Below, in pieces: positions 18,050-27,426 of a stretch of 64,000 nucleotides of DNA (positions are counted from its first letter, which is position 1; each line of letters opens with the position of its first letter). Source of the DNA: Anaeromyxobacteraceae bacterium (GTDB lineage: Bacteria > Myxococcota > Myxococcia > Myxococcales > Anaeromyxobacteraceae); contig JAULAX010000018.1 of assembly GCA_032654565.1 (NCBI GenBank), forward strand, positions 416,001-480,000. The letters run 5' to 3'. Below the pieces are notes generated by a model, which saw only the letters and a list, made by a program, of their open reading frames with translations, made no database searches and had not been told where the DNA came from. The translations under genes and the position numbers were made by a program.

Positions 18050-19139
18050 CTACTTCGCGGCGATCCAGCCGTCTGTGGTGAGCAGCTCGGCGGTCAGCAC
18101 CGCGCCGCCGGCGGCGCCGCGCACGGTGTTGTGCGAGAGGGCCACGAAGCGCCAGTCGAAGAGGCTGTCCGGCCGGAGCCGGCCGATGGTGACCGCCATG
18201 CCGTTCCCGGCGTCGCGGTCGAGCCGGGTCTGCGGGCGGGAGTCGTCCTCGAAGTACTGCAGGAAGGGCTTCGGCGCGCTCGGCAGCGAGAGCTGCTGCG
18301 GCCGCCCGGCGAACTCCTTCCAGAGCTTCAGGATCTCCTCCTTGCTGGCCTTCTTCTCGAACTGCACGAAGACCGCGGCCATGTGGCCGTCGGAGGCCGG
18401 CACCCGGATGCACTGGGCGCTGATGACCGGGGTGCGGGCGGCGACGATGCCGCTCCCCTCGATCCGCCCCCCAGATCTTCATGGGCTCCTTCTCCGACTT
18501 CTCCTCCTCCCCCTTGATGAAGGGGATGAGGTTGTCGACCATCTCCGGCCAGGTCTCGAAGGTCTTGCCGGCCCCGGAGATCGCCTGGTAGGTGCAGACG
18601 GCGATCTTCTGCGGCCCGAACTTCAGCAGCGGGTGGATGGCCGGGACGTAGCTCTGCAGCGAGCAGTTGGGCTTCACGGCGATGAAGCCGCGCTTCACGC
18701 CGAGTCGCTTGCGCTGCAGCTCGATCACCTGGGCGTGCTCGGGGTTGAGCTCGGGCACCATCATGGGCACGTCGGGGGTGGCCCGGTGCGCCGAGTTGTT
18801 GGAGATGACCGGCGTCTCGGCGCGGGCGTAGTCCTCCTCCAGCTTCGCCGTCTCCTCCTTCGACATGTCGACCGCGCAGAAGACGAAGTCGACCTCGGCG
18901 GCGATGGCCTTGACGTCGGAGGCGTTGCGCACCGTGAGCGCGGCCGGCGCGGCGGGCATGGCGGTCTTGAGCGCCCAGCGCCCCTTGACGGCGTCGGCGT
19001 ACCTCTGGCCCGCCGAGTTGGCGCTGGCGGCCAGCAGCGTGACCTCGTACCAGGGGTGATTCTCCAGCAGGGCCAGGAACCGCTGGCCCACCATCCCGGT
19101 CGCGCCCAGCACTCCCACCCGCAGCTTCTTCTGGTTCAT
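18050..19139 (-). pseudogene. asd: Aspartate-semialdehyde dehydrogenase with a one-base frameshift in a G6 run (possibly a sequencing error)
   Basis: GVLGATGMVGQRF, KPNCS, YQAISGAG in one frame; CIRVP, DGH, SHNTVRGAAGGA in another; total length 1090 = 3n+1. Confidence 0.85.
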
Positions 19140-19304
19140 GACGCCCTGGCCTCCATGCCACCCGTTTCGAGGGGCGAGCACGATACCAGACCGCCCGACG
19201 GGGAGGCGAGCCGAAGCGCCGCGCCGCTCCTTCTTGCCGCACTCGCCAACCTGTCTACGCAGGCGGCGCTTGACGGCGTCGGGGAGGCCGCCTACCTGTA
19301 GCGG

Positions 19305-19817
19305 ATGCTGAGCCTGCTCGATGCGGCGCCCGACTTCACGGCCGAGGGCGTGACCGGCCGCGGCGAGCCGGTGGCGCAGCGGCTCTCGGACCTGCGCGGC
19401 GGCTGGGTGGTGCTGTTCTTCTACCCCCGTGACTTCAGCAGGATCTGCCCGACCGAGCTCCGCGAGCTGAGCAAGCGGACCGCCGAGCTGGAGGGGGCGG
19501 TGCTGGGGATCTCGATCGACGACGTCGCCACCCACCGGCGCTGGATCACCGAGGCCCTCGGCCCGGTGAGCTTCCCGCTGCTGGCCGATCCCGGGGGGGC
19601 CATCGCCCGCGCCTACGGGGCCTGGCTGGAGGCCGACGGCGTGGCTGGCCGCGCCACCTTCGTCATCGACCCGGCGGGCGTGATCCAGTACGCGGCCATC
19701 CACAGCCGGCGGGTGGGGCGGTCGATCTCGGAGCTGGTGCGGGTGCTGGAGGCGCTGCGGACCGGCGACGCCGTCCCCGCCGGCTGGCAGCCAGGCCAGC
19801 CGACGCTCGGCCGCTGA
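19305..19817 (+). CDS. Peroxiredoxin (AhpC/TSA family)
   Basis: FFYPRDFSRICPTEL, FPLLAD, RATFVIDP. Confidence 0.9.
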   Translation: MLSLLDAAPDFTAEGVTGRGEPVAQRLSDLRGGWVVLFFYPRDFSRICPTELRELSKRTAELEGAVLGISIDDVATHRRWITEALGPVSFPLLADPGGAIARAYGAWLEADGVAGRATFVIDPAGVIQYAAIHSRRVGRSISELVRVLEALRTGDAVPAGWQPGQPTLGR

Positions 19818-19847
19818 GCCGGCCGGCGCTTCCCGGGGCGGTCCCGC

Positions 19848-20057
19848 CTACTTCCCGCCGAGCAGCGAGATGGGCGAGACGCCCAGCGCCTTGGCGACCT
19901 TCTCCAGCATGTCGAGCGGGGGCGAGCGCTGCCCGCGCTCCAGCATCGACACGTAGGAGACGGAGATCCCGACCTTGTCGGCCAGGACCTTCTGGGAGAG
20001 CTTCTTCTTGCTGCGGAGCTTGCGGACGTTACCGGCGAAGCGAGTCACGAGGTCCAT
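19848..20057 (-). CDS. XRE-family helix-turn-helix regulator
   Basis: MDLVTRFAGNVRKLRSKKKLSQKVLADKVGISVSYVSMLERGQRSPP. Confidence 0.9.
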   Translation of the reverse strand: MDLVTRFAGNVRKLRSKKKLSQKVLADKVGISVSYVSMLERGQRSPPLDMLEKVAKALGVSPISLLGGK

Positions 20058-20192
20058 GCACGCTAGGTAACGTTGGACCGCCCCGGAGGCAAACCCCTTT
20101 TCGGGGTCCATGGCAGAATTCGCCCCCGGGTGGATCTCCGGAGGGGCCGGTTGGTGGTAGGAACCCGGGCCGACCCCCCGCAGGAGCGCCGC

Positions 20193-21515
20193 ATGCCGAG
20201 CACCTCGCTGACCTTCGCCGACCGCGCCGCGCACCGGGCCTGGCTGGCCACCCAGGCCCGCCTGCCGCGGGGCTTCCGCGCCGGCGCCACCGCCTTCGAG
20301 TTCACCCCCTTCGAGGTGGAGAAGCCGGCCCGCATGAAGCTGGCGCTGCTCACCGTCGAGCCGCCCACCGCCGCCTTCGCGGCGGTCTTCACCCGGAACG
20401 CCTTCCCCGGGGCGCCGGTGCTGGTGGGGCGCCGCCGGCTCGGCGAGCCGCGCCTCGGCGCGGTGCTGGTCAACAACAAGATCTCCAACGTCTGCGCGCC
20501 GGGCGGGGTCGAGGCCTCGGAGCGGCTCTGCGCCGAGGTGGCCCGGTCGCTGGGGCTCCAGCCCACCGAGGTGCTGCCCTCCTCCACCGGGGTGATCGGC
20601 TGGCGGCTGCCGGTGGAGGCCATGGTGGCGGCGCTCCCCGGGGCGGCGGCCGGCCTGCAGGGCGAGAGCATCCTCCCGGCGGCCGACGGCATCATGACCA
20701 CCGACCTCTACCCCAAGGTGCGGCGCGTCGACCTGCCGGGCGGCGCCTCCATCGTCGGCATCGCCAAGGGGGCGGGGATGATCGAGCCCAACCTGGCCAC
20801 CATGCTCTGCTACCTGCTCACCGACGCCGACGTCGACCGGGCCACCCTGCGGGCGGCGCTGGCGGCGGCGGTGGACGCCAGCTTCAACGCCATCTCCATC
20901 GACTCCGACACCTCCACCAGCGACACGGTGGTGGCGCTGGCCTCGGGCCGGGCCGGTCCGGTGGCCCCGGCGGCCTTCCAGGCCGGCCTCACCCGGGTGT
21001 GCCGGGACCTGGCCGAGGACGTGGTCCGCAACGGCGAGGGGGTGCGCCACGTCCTGCGGGTCACGGTGCGCGGGGCGCCCGACGCGGCGGCGGCGCGGCA
21101 GCTGGGGAAGGCGGTGGTCAACTCGCCGCTGCTCAAGACCGCGGTGGCCGGCAACGACCCCAACGTCGGGCGGCTGGTGGCGGCGCTCGGCAAGGAGGCC
21201 GGGGCCCGCGGCATCCCCCTCGATCCGGACCGGGCCCGCATCACCATGGGCGGCGAGGTGATCCTGGAGGGCGGCCTCTTCCGGCTCGACCGCGAGAAGG
21301 AGCGCCGGCTCACCGCCCACCTCCAGGCCGCCGAGCTCTACCCCCAGGCCCCGGCGGCCGACGGCATCACCTTCAAGCCGCCGGTCGACTTCCCGCCCCA
21401 CGAGCGGGCGGTGGAGGTGGAGATCGGGCTGGGGCTGGGGACCGGCGAGGCCGAGGTGCTGGGCGCCGACCTGACCCACGAGTACGTCACCGAGAACGCC
21501 GACTACCGCAGCTGA
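20193..21515 (+). CDS. argJ: Ornithine acetyltransferase / N-acetylglutamate synthase
   Basis: VFTRN, SSTGVIG, IMTTD, AKGAGMIEPNLATML, DTSTSD, DPNVGR, ENADYRS. Confidence 0.93.
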   Translation: MPSTSLTFADRAAHRAWLATQARLPRGFRAGATAFEFTPFEVEKPARMKLALLTVEPPTAAFAAVFTRNAFPGAPVLVGRRRLGEPRLGAVLVNNKISNVCAPGGVEASERLCAEVARSLGLQPTEVLPSSTGVIGWRLPVEAMVAALPGAAAGLQGESILPAADGIMTTDLYPKVRRVDLPGGASIVGIAKGAGMIEPNLATMLCYLLTDADVDRATLRAALAAAVDASFNAISIDSDTSTSDTVVALASGRAGPVAPAAFQAGLTRVCRDLAEDVVRNGEGVRHVLRVTVRGAPDAAAARQLGKAVVNSPLLKTAVAGNDPNVGRLVAALGKEAGARGIPLDPDRARITMGGEVILEGGLFRLDREKERRLTAHLQAAELYPQAPAADGITFKPPVDFPPHERAVEVEIGLGLGTGEAEVLGADLTHEYVTENADYRS

Positions 21516-21659
21516 CCCGCGGCGTGGTCCGGCCCCGCGGCGCCGGCCCGGCCGTCCGTTCGCCGGTTCGCGAGGCGGGCTTGCGCCCCGCGTCATGACA
21601 ACCTCGGGCCATTCTGCTGGGATTCCACTCACCGGGAGTCCTGCTTCACGGAGGTCATC

Positions 21660-21998
21660 GTGGCCTCGCCGTCCAGCCACCCCGAGCTGCCACCGCCTCA
21701 CGACCTGGTCGTGGAGACCTTCGAGGCCGGCGGGCACGCCTTCGCCATCCTGGAGTGGCCGACGGGAGGACCGTCGCCGCGCCCGGCCATGACCCCGGCC
21801 GAGGAGGCGGTGCTGGAGCTGCTCCTGGCCGGCCTGTCCAACGCCGAGATCGCGCTGCGGCGGGGCCGGTCGGCCCGCACCGTGGCCCACCAGGTGGAGG
21901 CGATCTTCCGCCGGCTCGGCGTCGGCTCGCGCCCGGAGCTCTTCGCGCTCCTCTCCCGCTCCCGGTCGGGGCGGGCGCCGACGAGGGAGACGCCGTGA
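21660..21998 (+). CDS. Small LuxR-type HTH regulator
   Basis: TPAEEAVLELLLAGLSNAEIALRRGRSARTVAHQV; GGAGG RBS. Confidence 0.82.
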   Translation: MASPSSHPELPPPHDLVVETFEAGGHAFAILEWPTGGPSPRPAMTPAEEAVLELLLAGLSNAEIALRRGRSARTVAHQVEAIFRRLGVGSRPELFALLSRSRSGRAPTRETP

Positions 21999-23047
21999 AG
22001 GTGGACTGCGTCCGGATCATCGAGGCGGGCTACGCCCAGCAGGCGGCGGAGCCGGCCTGGCTCGGCGAGCTCCTCGAGCCGTTCGAGCCGCTCTCGGGCG
22101 GGCTGGGGGTCGTGGGGACGGTCTACGACTTCGAGGCGGCCGAGCCCGGGGCGCGCCTCTGGGTGCACAGCCGGTCGATGGCTCCAGCGCTGGCCACCGC
22201 CTACCAGCGGAGCCGGCGCCTCCTCGCGGCCCACCACCTCGACGCGCTGAAGGCGATGCTCCGCCCGGCCCTCGGCGGGGCCTGCTGGACCAGCAAGGTG
22301 GGGATGGCCCTCCCGGAGCAGGCGCGGCTCGAGGCGCGCGCCTGCTTCGCCGGGACCGGCCTGGGCGACACCCTCGGGGTGCTGGTGGCCGAGCCCGGCT
22401 GCCCGACCGTGACCATCTCGATCCCCTTCGCCCGGACCTTCGCGGTCCCGTCGCGCACCATGGAGCAGCTCCGCCGGGTGACGGCCCACCTCACCGCGGC
22501 GCTGCGGCTCCGGACCCGCCTGGAGCGGGCCGGGGAGCCCGGCGCGGCGGCGGAGGCGGTGCTCGATCCACGCGGGAAGGTGCACGACGCCACCGGGCCG
22601 GCCGCCTCGGCGCCGGCGCGCGCCAGCCTCACCGACGCGGTCCGGTCGGTGGAGCGGGCGAGGGGCCGGCTGCGACGGAGTGATCCCGAGGAGGCGCTGG
22701 CCATCTGGCGCGCCCTCTTCGAGGGGCGCTGGTCGATCGTCGAGCGGACCGAGGCCGACGGGAGGCGGTTCCTGCTGGCCCACCGCAACGCGCCCGGCTT
22801 CACCGACCCCAAGGGGTTGGCCCCCGGGGAGCGGGACGTCCTCGTCTACGCCGCCCGCGGCCTCTCCAACAAGTACATCGGTTACCTGCTGGGTATCGCC
22901 ACCAGCACGGTGAGCACCCGCCTGGCCTCGGCGCTGCGGAAGCTGTCGCTCGGCTCGCGCCGCGAGGCCATCGCGCTGTTCGGCGACCTGCCGCCTGTCC
23001 CGGCGGCGGGCCTGGCCTCGCCGGAGCGGCCCACGGCGACGGCCTAG
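21995..23047 (+). CDS. LuxR-type HTH regulator with uncharacterised N-terminal domain
   Basis: C-terminal GERDVLVYAARGLSNKYIGYLLGIATSTVSTRLASALRKL; GTGA overlap with the previous gene. Confidence 0.82.
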   Translation: MKVDCVRIIEAGYAQQAAEPAWLGELLEPFEPLSGGLGVVGTVYDFEAAEPGARLWVHSRSMAPALATAYQRSRRLLAAHHLDALKAMLRPALGGACWTSKVGMALPEQARLEARACFAGTGLGDTLGVLVAEPGCPTVTISIPFARTFAVPSRTMEQLRRVTAHLTAALRLRTRLERAGEPGAAAEAVLDPRGKVHDATGPAASAPARASLTDAVRSVERARGRLRRSDPEEALAIWRALFEGRWSIVERTEADGRRFLLAHRNAPGFTDPKGLAPGERDVLVYAARGLSNKYIGYLLGIATSTVSTRLASALRKLSLGSRREAIALFGDLPPVPAAGLASPERPTATA

Positions 23048-23240
23048 GGCCGTGGCCGGGGCCCCAGGGCGTCACGCCCCGTGGCAGGCGCGGGGCCCGG
23101 GGCGTGCCCGACCTATCGCCCGGCTCGATGCCCATGGCAGCCGGTCACAGGGGGGCCGTACCCTGCGCGGTACCGGGGCCCGCAGCGCCAACCGTCTCAC
23201 CGGGGCCCCGCTCAACCCACGGTGCACCGACGGAGGTCAC

Positions 23241-23744
23241 ATGCGGACGAAGATCCTGGTGGCGATGGCGATGCTGGGCGGGGCGGCGGCCGGGGCGCAG
23301 GAGCCGGCGCCGATCCCGAAGGAAGGGACGGGCTCGTACACGACCATGGGCTCCTTGACGCGCACCGCGCTCCCCATGGGGAAGGACCACCTGCAGGTGA
23401 CCTGGGAGTTCCTCGGCGTGCAGCTCGCCGACGAAGGCAAGGGCGTCACCCACAACGCCTCGGTCCGCTGCCTCGGCTCCGTCTTCGCGGCCGGCGGCGA
23501 GTACCAGAGCTTCACCAACTCCTGCATCTTCACCCGGCCGGACGGCGACCAGGCCTTCACCACCGAGACCGCCACCGGGAAGATCGGAGGTCTCTCCAAG
23601 GGGACCTCCCGGTTCGTCGGCGGCACCGGCAAGCTGGCCGGGATCACCGGGAGCAGCGAGTTCACCAGGTACTTCGTCCGCCCGGCGACCGAGGCCACCT
23701 TCCAGTCGGTGACCAGGTCGAAGGGGAGCTACAAGCTGCCGTGA
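23241..23744 (+). CDS. Secreted hypothetical beta-rich protein
   Basis: GGAGG RBS, signal peptide MRTKILVAMAMLGGAAAGA, two Cys, VGGTGKLAGITG motif. Confidence 0.75.
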   Translation: MRTKILVAMAMLGGAAAGAQEPAPIPKEGTGSYTTMGSLTRTALPMGKDHLQVTWEFLGVQLADEGKGVTHNASVRCLGSVFAAGGEYQSFTNSCIFTRPDGDQAFTTETATGKIGGLSKGTSRFVGGTGKLAGITGSSEFTRYFVRPATEATFQSVTRSKGSYKLP

Positions 23745-23768
23745 GGGGGTGGGGGGCCCCGGGGCGGG

Positions 23769-25268
23769 CTACTTCCCGCCCCGGGCGTTCCAGACCTTCA
23801 TCAGCTCCGGCGAGCCCTGCGAGCGGATGCCGCTGTCGGTGAGCAGCTCCTCGGTGGCCGCCGCCAGCTCCTTGCGGGAGAAGACGATGGCCTCGCCGCC
23901 GCGCCGGTCGAAGTCGATGGTGATGAACTCGCCCCGGGCGTCGCGCAGCAGCTCCACGGCGTGCTGCAGGTTCTTCACCGCCACGCCGTTGATGGTCTTC
24001 ACCACCGCCCCCTGCGGCGAGTCGTAGCCCTTGGCCAGCCGGTGGGGCAGGAAGGGGGACGGCACCATCACCAGCTCCTCGCCGGGGAAGGCCGGCCCGT
24101 CGAGCATGCGGGTGAAGAGCGGGCTCCCGAACATGTTGGCCATGGCCCCGCGGCCGCTGGTGGTGACGAACTGCTGCGAGGCCACCGAGAAGACCATGGG
24201 GCCGAGGATGAAGTAGGGCGGGTAGGTGCCCTGCAGGTCGGGCACCATCACCCGCCGCGCCGCGCCCACCGGGAGCTGGACCACCAGCGGCTTGCCGGCG
24301 CGGACCACCGAGAGCGCCACCGCGCCGTCCCGGGCCAGCTTCTGCACCAGGTACTGGAAGCGGACCCGCAGGTTGGGGCCGAGCTGCACCATCCCCTGGT
24401 CGTCCACCGGGACGTCGCCGATGCGGGTGATGACGTCCCAGGGCTTGAGCAGGCTGCTGCCCTTGCCGAAGGGCTCGTGCACCACCATGCCGGCCACGCC
24501 CTTCTCCAGCTTGAGGAAGGCCCGCAGCGCCGGGTTCTCCAGGGTCTGCAGCTCGTCGTGCATGGCCGGCTTGCCGTCGTAGCGGCCGTCGGCCACGTCG
24601 CGCAGGAAGAGCTCGATCTCCTCGTTGGGGATGATGTAGCCGATGTTCTGGGCCCCCCCCAGGGTGCTGAAGGCCAGGCCGATCATCTTGTCGCCCACCA
24701 CCGCCGGGCCGCCGCTGTTGCCGGGGTTGATGGCGGCGTCGATCTGGATGCGCAGCCCGGAGACCGGGAAGTTGTAGGAGGTGAACTCGATGCGGGAGAC
24801 GATCCCCTTGGTGATGGAGAGGTTGCTGCCGCCGGTGGGGTAGCCGTAGGCCATGACCGCGTCCTTGACGTCGGGCATGGAGCCCAGCCGGGCCAGCGGC
24901 GGGTGCTTGTCGAAGAAGGACTCGTCGTCGAGCCGGAGCAGGGCCAGGTCGATGCCCGGGGCGATGAACTCGACGGTGGCCGAGATCTTGTCGCCGGCCT
25001 GGTGGGCCTGCACCTGCACCTGGGTGGCGTAGAGCACCACGTGGGCGTTGGTGAGGATGCGCCGCCCCTCCACCACCACGCCGCTGCCGGTGGCCTCGGC
25101 GGGCGGGGCCTTGGCCCAGGGTCGGGCCACCTCGGGGGCGCGGAGGGTGGAGAAGATCTTCACCACCGAGCTCTCCACCACCCCGGGGGCGGCGGGGACG
25201 CTGGCCTGCGCCAGGGCGAGGCCGGGCAGGAGCCCGGCGAGGAGGAGCAGGCTGGAGCGGAGGGGCAT
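23769..25268 (-). CDS. HtrA/Deg-like trypsin serine protease with PDZ domains
   Basis: Signal peptide; TNAHVV, IDLALL, INPGNSGGP catalytic triad. Confidence 0.9.
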   Translation of the reverse strand: MPLRSSLLLLAGLLPGLALAQASVPAAPGVVESSVVKIFSTLRAPEVARPWAKAPPAEATGSGVVVEGRRILTNAHVVLYATQVQVQAHQAGDKISATVEFIAPGIDLALLRLDDESFFDKHPPLARLGSMPDVKDAVMAYGYPTGGSNLSITKGIVSRIEFTSYNFPVSGLRIQIDAAINPGNSGGPAVVGDKMIGLAFSTLGGAQNIGYIIPNEEIELFLRDVADGRYDGKPAMHDELQTLENPALRAFLKLEKGVAGMVVHEPFGKGSSLLKPWDVITRIGDVPVDDQGMVQLGPNLRVRFQYLVQKLARDGAVALSVVRAGKPLVVQLPVGAARRVMVPDLQGTYPPYFILGPMVFSVASQQFVTTSGRGAMANMFGSPLFTRMLDGPAFPGEELVMVPSPFLPHRLAKGYDSPQGAVVKTINGVAVKNLQHAVELLRDARGEFITIDFDRRGGEAIVFSRKELAAATEELLTDSGIRSQGSPELMKVWNARGGK

Positions 25269-25285
25269 GGTGGCGGGTCCTGGGA

Positions 25286-26608
25286 TCAGCGGCCGCGGAC
25301 GGCGCGGACCGCGGCGGCGGCGGCGCTGAAGACGCCGGGGATCTGCGCCTCGGTGAGGCAGGAGAAGGCGACCCGCAGGTCGGTGGCGCCGAGGGCGATG
25401 GTGCCGACGCCGTGGTCGTCGAGCAGCCGCACCCGCACCGTGTCGGCGTCCGCCCCCTTGAGCCGCAGGCACATGAAGTACCCGGAGTTGAAGGGGTAGA
25501 CGTCCCAGCAGTCGGCGTACTCGGTCTTGCGGCACTCCACCGCCACCACCTCGGCCCGCTTGCGCAGCGTCGCCACCTTCTCGGCCTGCTGGGGGCGGAA
25601 GTCCGGGTCGTTGAGGGCCTTCAAGACCACCGACTGGCCGGGGTTGGAGATGTTGGAGACGTAGGCGCGGATCAGGCCGGCGGTCTTGTCCTCGAGCGCC
25701 TTGTAGACGGCGGCGGTGCCGTTCTTGATGCCGAAGGTGAGGAAGCCGACGCGCAGCCCCCAGATGAAGGCCTCCTTGGTGCCGCCGTCGACCTTGATGG
25801 CCAGCAGGTTGTCGGAGGCCCGGGCCAGGCGGCCGAAGACCGACTCGGTCTGGCAGTCCGGGTGGTAGAACATCCCGTAGTAGGCGTCGTCGACGCTCAC
25901 CACCAGCCGGGTCCCGGCCTCGGCCTCGGCGGTCAGGGCGGCGACGATGCCGTCGGCCTCGGCGCGGGTCGGGGTGTAGCCGGAGGGGTTGTTGGGGAAG
26001 TTGAGGGCCACCACCAGCTTGCGGCCGCGGTGGCGCTTCAGGCCGGCGGTGAAGGCCGCCAGGTTGAAGCCGGTCAGCTTCTCGTCGAAGAACGGGAAGT
26101 AGTCGAAGCTGGCGCCGAGCCGGGTCTCCCAGGTGAGGTTGTAGTTCTCCCAGAGCAGGTTGGCGGAGAGGACGGCGTCGCCCGGATCGAGGAAGAGATC
26201 GCCCACCAGCCCGAGGCCGTGGGTCAGGGCGTTGGTGACCACCGGGTTGGAGACCAGCTGGTCGCCCAGCGACGGGGTCTCGGCCCGCTGCTTCTTGGCC
26301 CAGGCGGCCCGCACGTCCGGCTTCCCGTAGCTGGGGGCGTAGTCGTAGATCTCGCCGGGGGTGAGGCCGGTGAAGTACTTGCTCACCACCCCGAGGTGCA
26401 TGGGGGCGCCGTTCTCGGTGGCGATGCCGACGGTGGCGTTGGCCGACTTGGCCTTCAGCTTGGCCTCGGCCCCCTGGGCCAGGATCCCCTTGGCCGGGAA
26501 GAAGAAGCGCTTGCCGCGCTCGGCGAGGAGGTCGAGGACCACCGGGCAGTCCTTCTTCAGCGCGTCGTTGGCGGCCTGGGCGAGCGGGTTGAGCGGCGCG
26601 GTGGGCAT
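25286..26608 (-). CDS. PLP-dependent aminotransferase class I/II
   Basis: NFPNNPSGY, DDAY, GGTKE...GLRVG. Confidence 0.9.
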   Translation of the reverse strand: MPTAPLNPLAQAANDALKKDCPVVLDLLAERGKRFFFPAKGILAQGAEAKLKAKSANATVGIATENGAPMHLGVVSKYFTGLTPGEIYDYAPSYGKPDVRAAWAKKQRAETPSLGDQLVSNPVVTNALTHGLGLVGDLFLDPGDAVLSANLLWENYNLTWETRLGASFDYFPFFDEKLTGFNLAAFTAGLKRHRGRKLVVALNFPNNPSGYTPTRAEADGIVAALTAEAEAGTRLVVSVDDAYYGMFYHPDCQTESVFGRLARASDNLLAIKVDGGTKEAFIWGLRVGFLTFGIKNGTAAVYKALEDKTAGLIRAYVSNISNPGQSVVLKALNDPDFRPQQAEKVATLRKRAEVVAVECRKTEYADCWDVYPFNSGYFMCLRLKGADADTVRVRLLDDHGVGTIALGATDLRVAFSCLTEAQIPGVFSAAAAAVRAVRGR

Positions 26609-26684
26609 GCGGGGCTCCTGGCGGGAGGGGTGTTCGTGCGGAGGGTGCGCGGCCGGACAATGTGGCATGGCCCGGGAAGGCGAT

Positions 26685-27335
26685 TCAAGGGAGAAGGGGT
26701 CGCAGGCCGCGCCACATCCGCACGCTGGTCCAGCCGACGAAGGTGAGCCAGAGCGGGCCGGCGACGGCGAGGAGGTTGGCCGCCGCCACCGAGAAGGGCT
26801 GGCCGGCCACCGGGAGCGAGGCCAGGCCGGCGAGCAGCCCCAGCGCCCCCACGCCCCGCTCGCCGCGACCGAGGAGCGCCGAGGCCAGGCCGAGCAGCCC
26901 GAGCCCCAGCAGCAGGTTGAAGAGGGCGTCGAGCGAGAGGGCCACGCCGAGCAGCGCCCGGCCCGCCGGGCCGGCGGCGTCGCCGGGCAGCAGGTGGGTG
27001 ACCAGCACCAGCGGCCCCACGCAGCCCGCGGCGTTGAGGGCGGCGCCGAGGGTGATGGCCCCGGCGCCGAAGCGGGCCCAGGGGGTGGGGGCGCGGCGGG
27101 CCAGCCCGGCGGCCCAGCCGGCCAGCGCCAGCAGGCCGAGGATGAAGGCGACGGCGCTCCCCACCGTCGCCTGCGGGTGGGCCACCGACAGCGCCGCCCA
27201 CCGGTCGAGCTGGTCGGGGCGGTAGGCGCCGGTGATGTCGCCGAGGAACAGCACGCCGGCCACGTTGCCGGCGACGCCGACCAGCCCGAGGAGCGCGGCG
27301 AGCCGGTCGGCGGGTGGGGAGGTGGGGTCAGCCAT
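26685..27335 (-). CDS. Integral membrane hypothetical protein
   Basis: About six hydrophobic segments; AGGAG upstream of ATG 27335. Confidence 0.65.
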   Translation of the reverse strand: MADPTSPPADRLAALLGLVGVAGNVAGVLFLGDITGAYRPDQLDRWAALSVAHPQATVGSAVAFILGLLALAGWAAGLARRAPTPWARFGAGAITLGAALNAAGCVGPLVLVTHLLPGDAAGPAGRALLGVALSLDALFNLLLGLGLLGLASALLGRGERGVGALGLLAGLASLPVAGQPFSVAAANLLAVAGPLWLTFVGWTSVRMWRGLRPLLP

Positions 27336-27426
27336 CGCAGGACTCCTGTCCGCCGCGGCCGACCGCCGGTGCGGCGGTGGCGAGGCGAAGCTCCAGTCTA
27401 GCGGGGCGGTCTCCACGACGCCGCGC

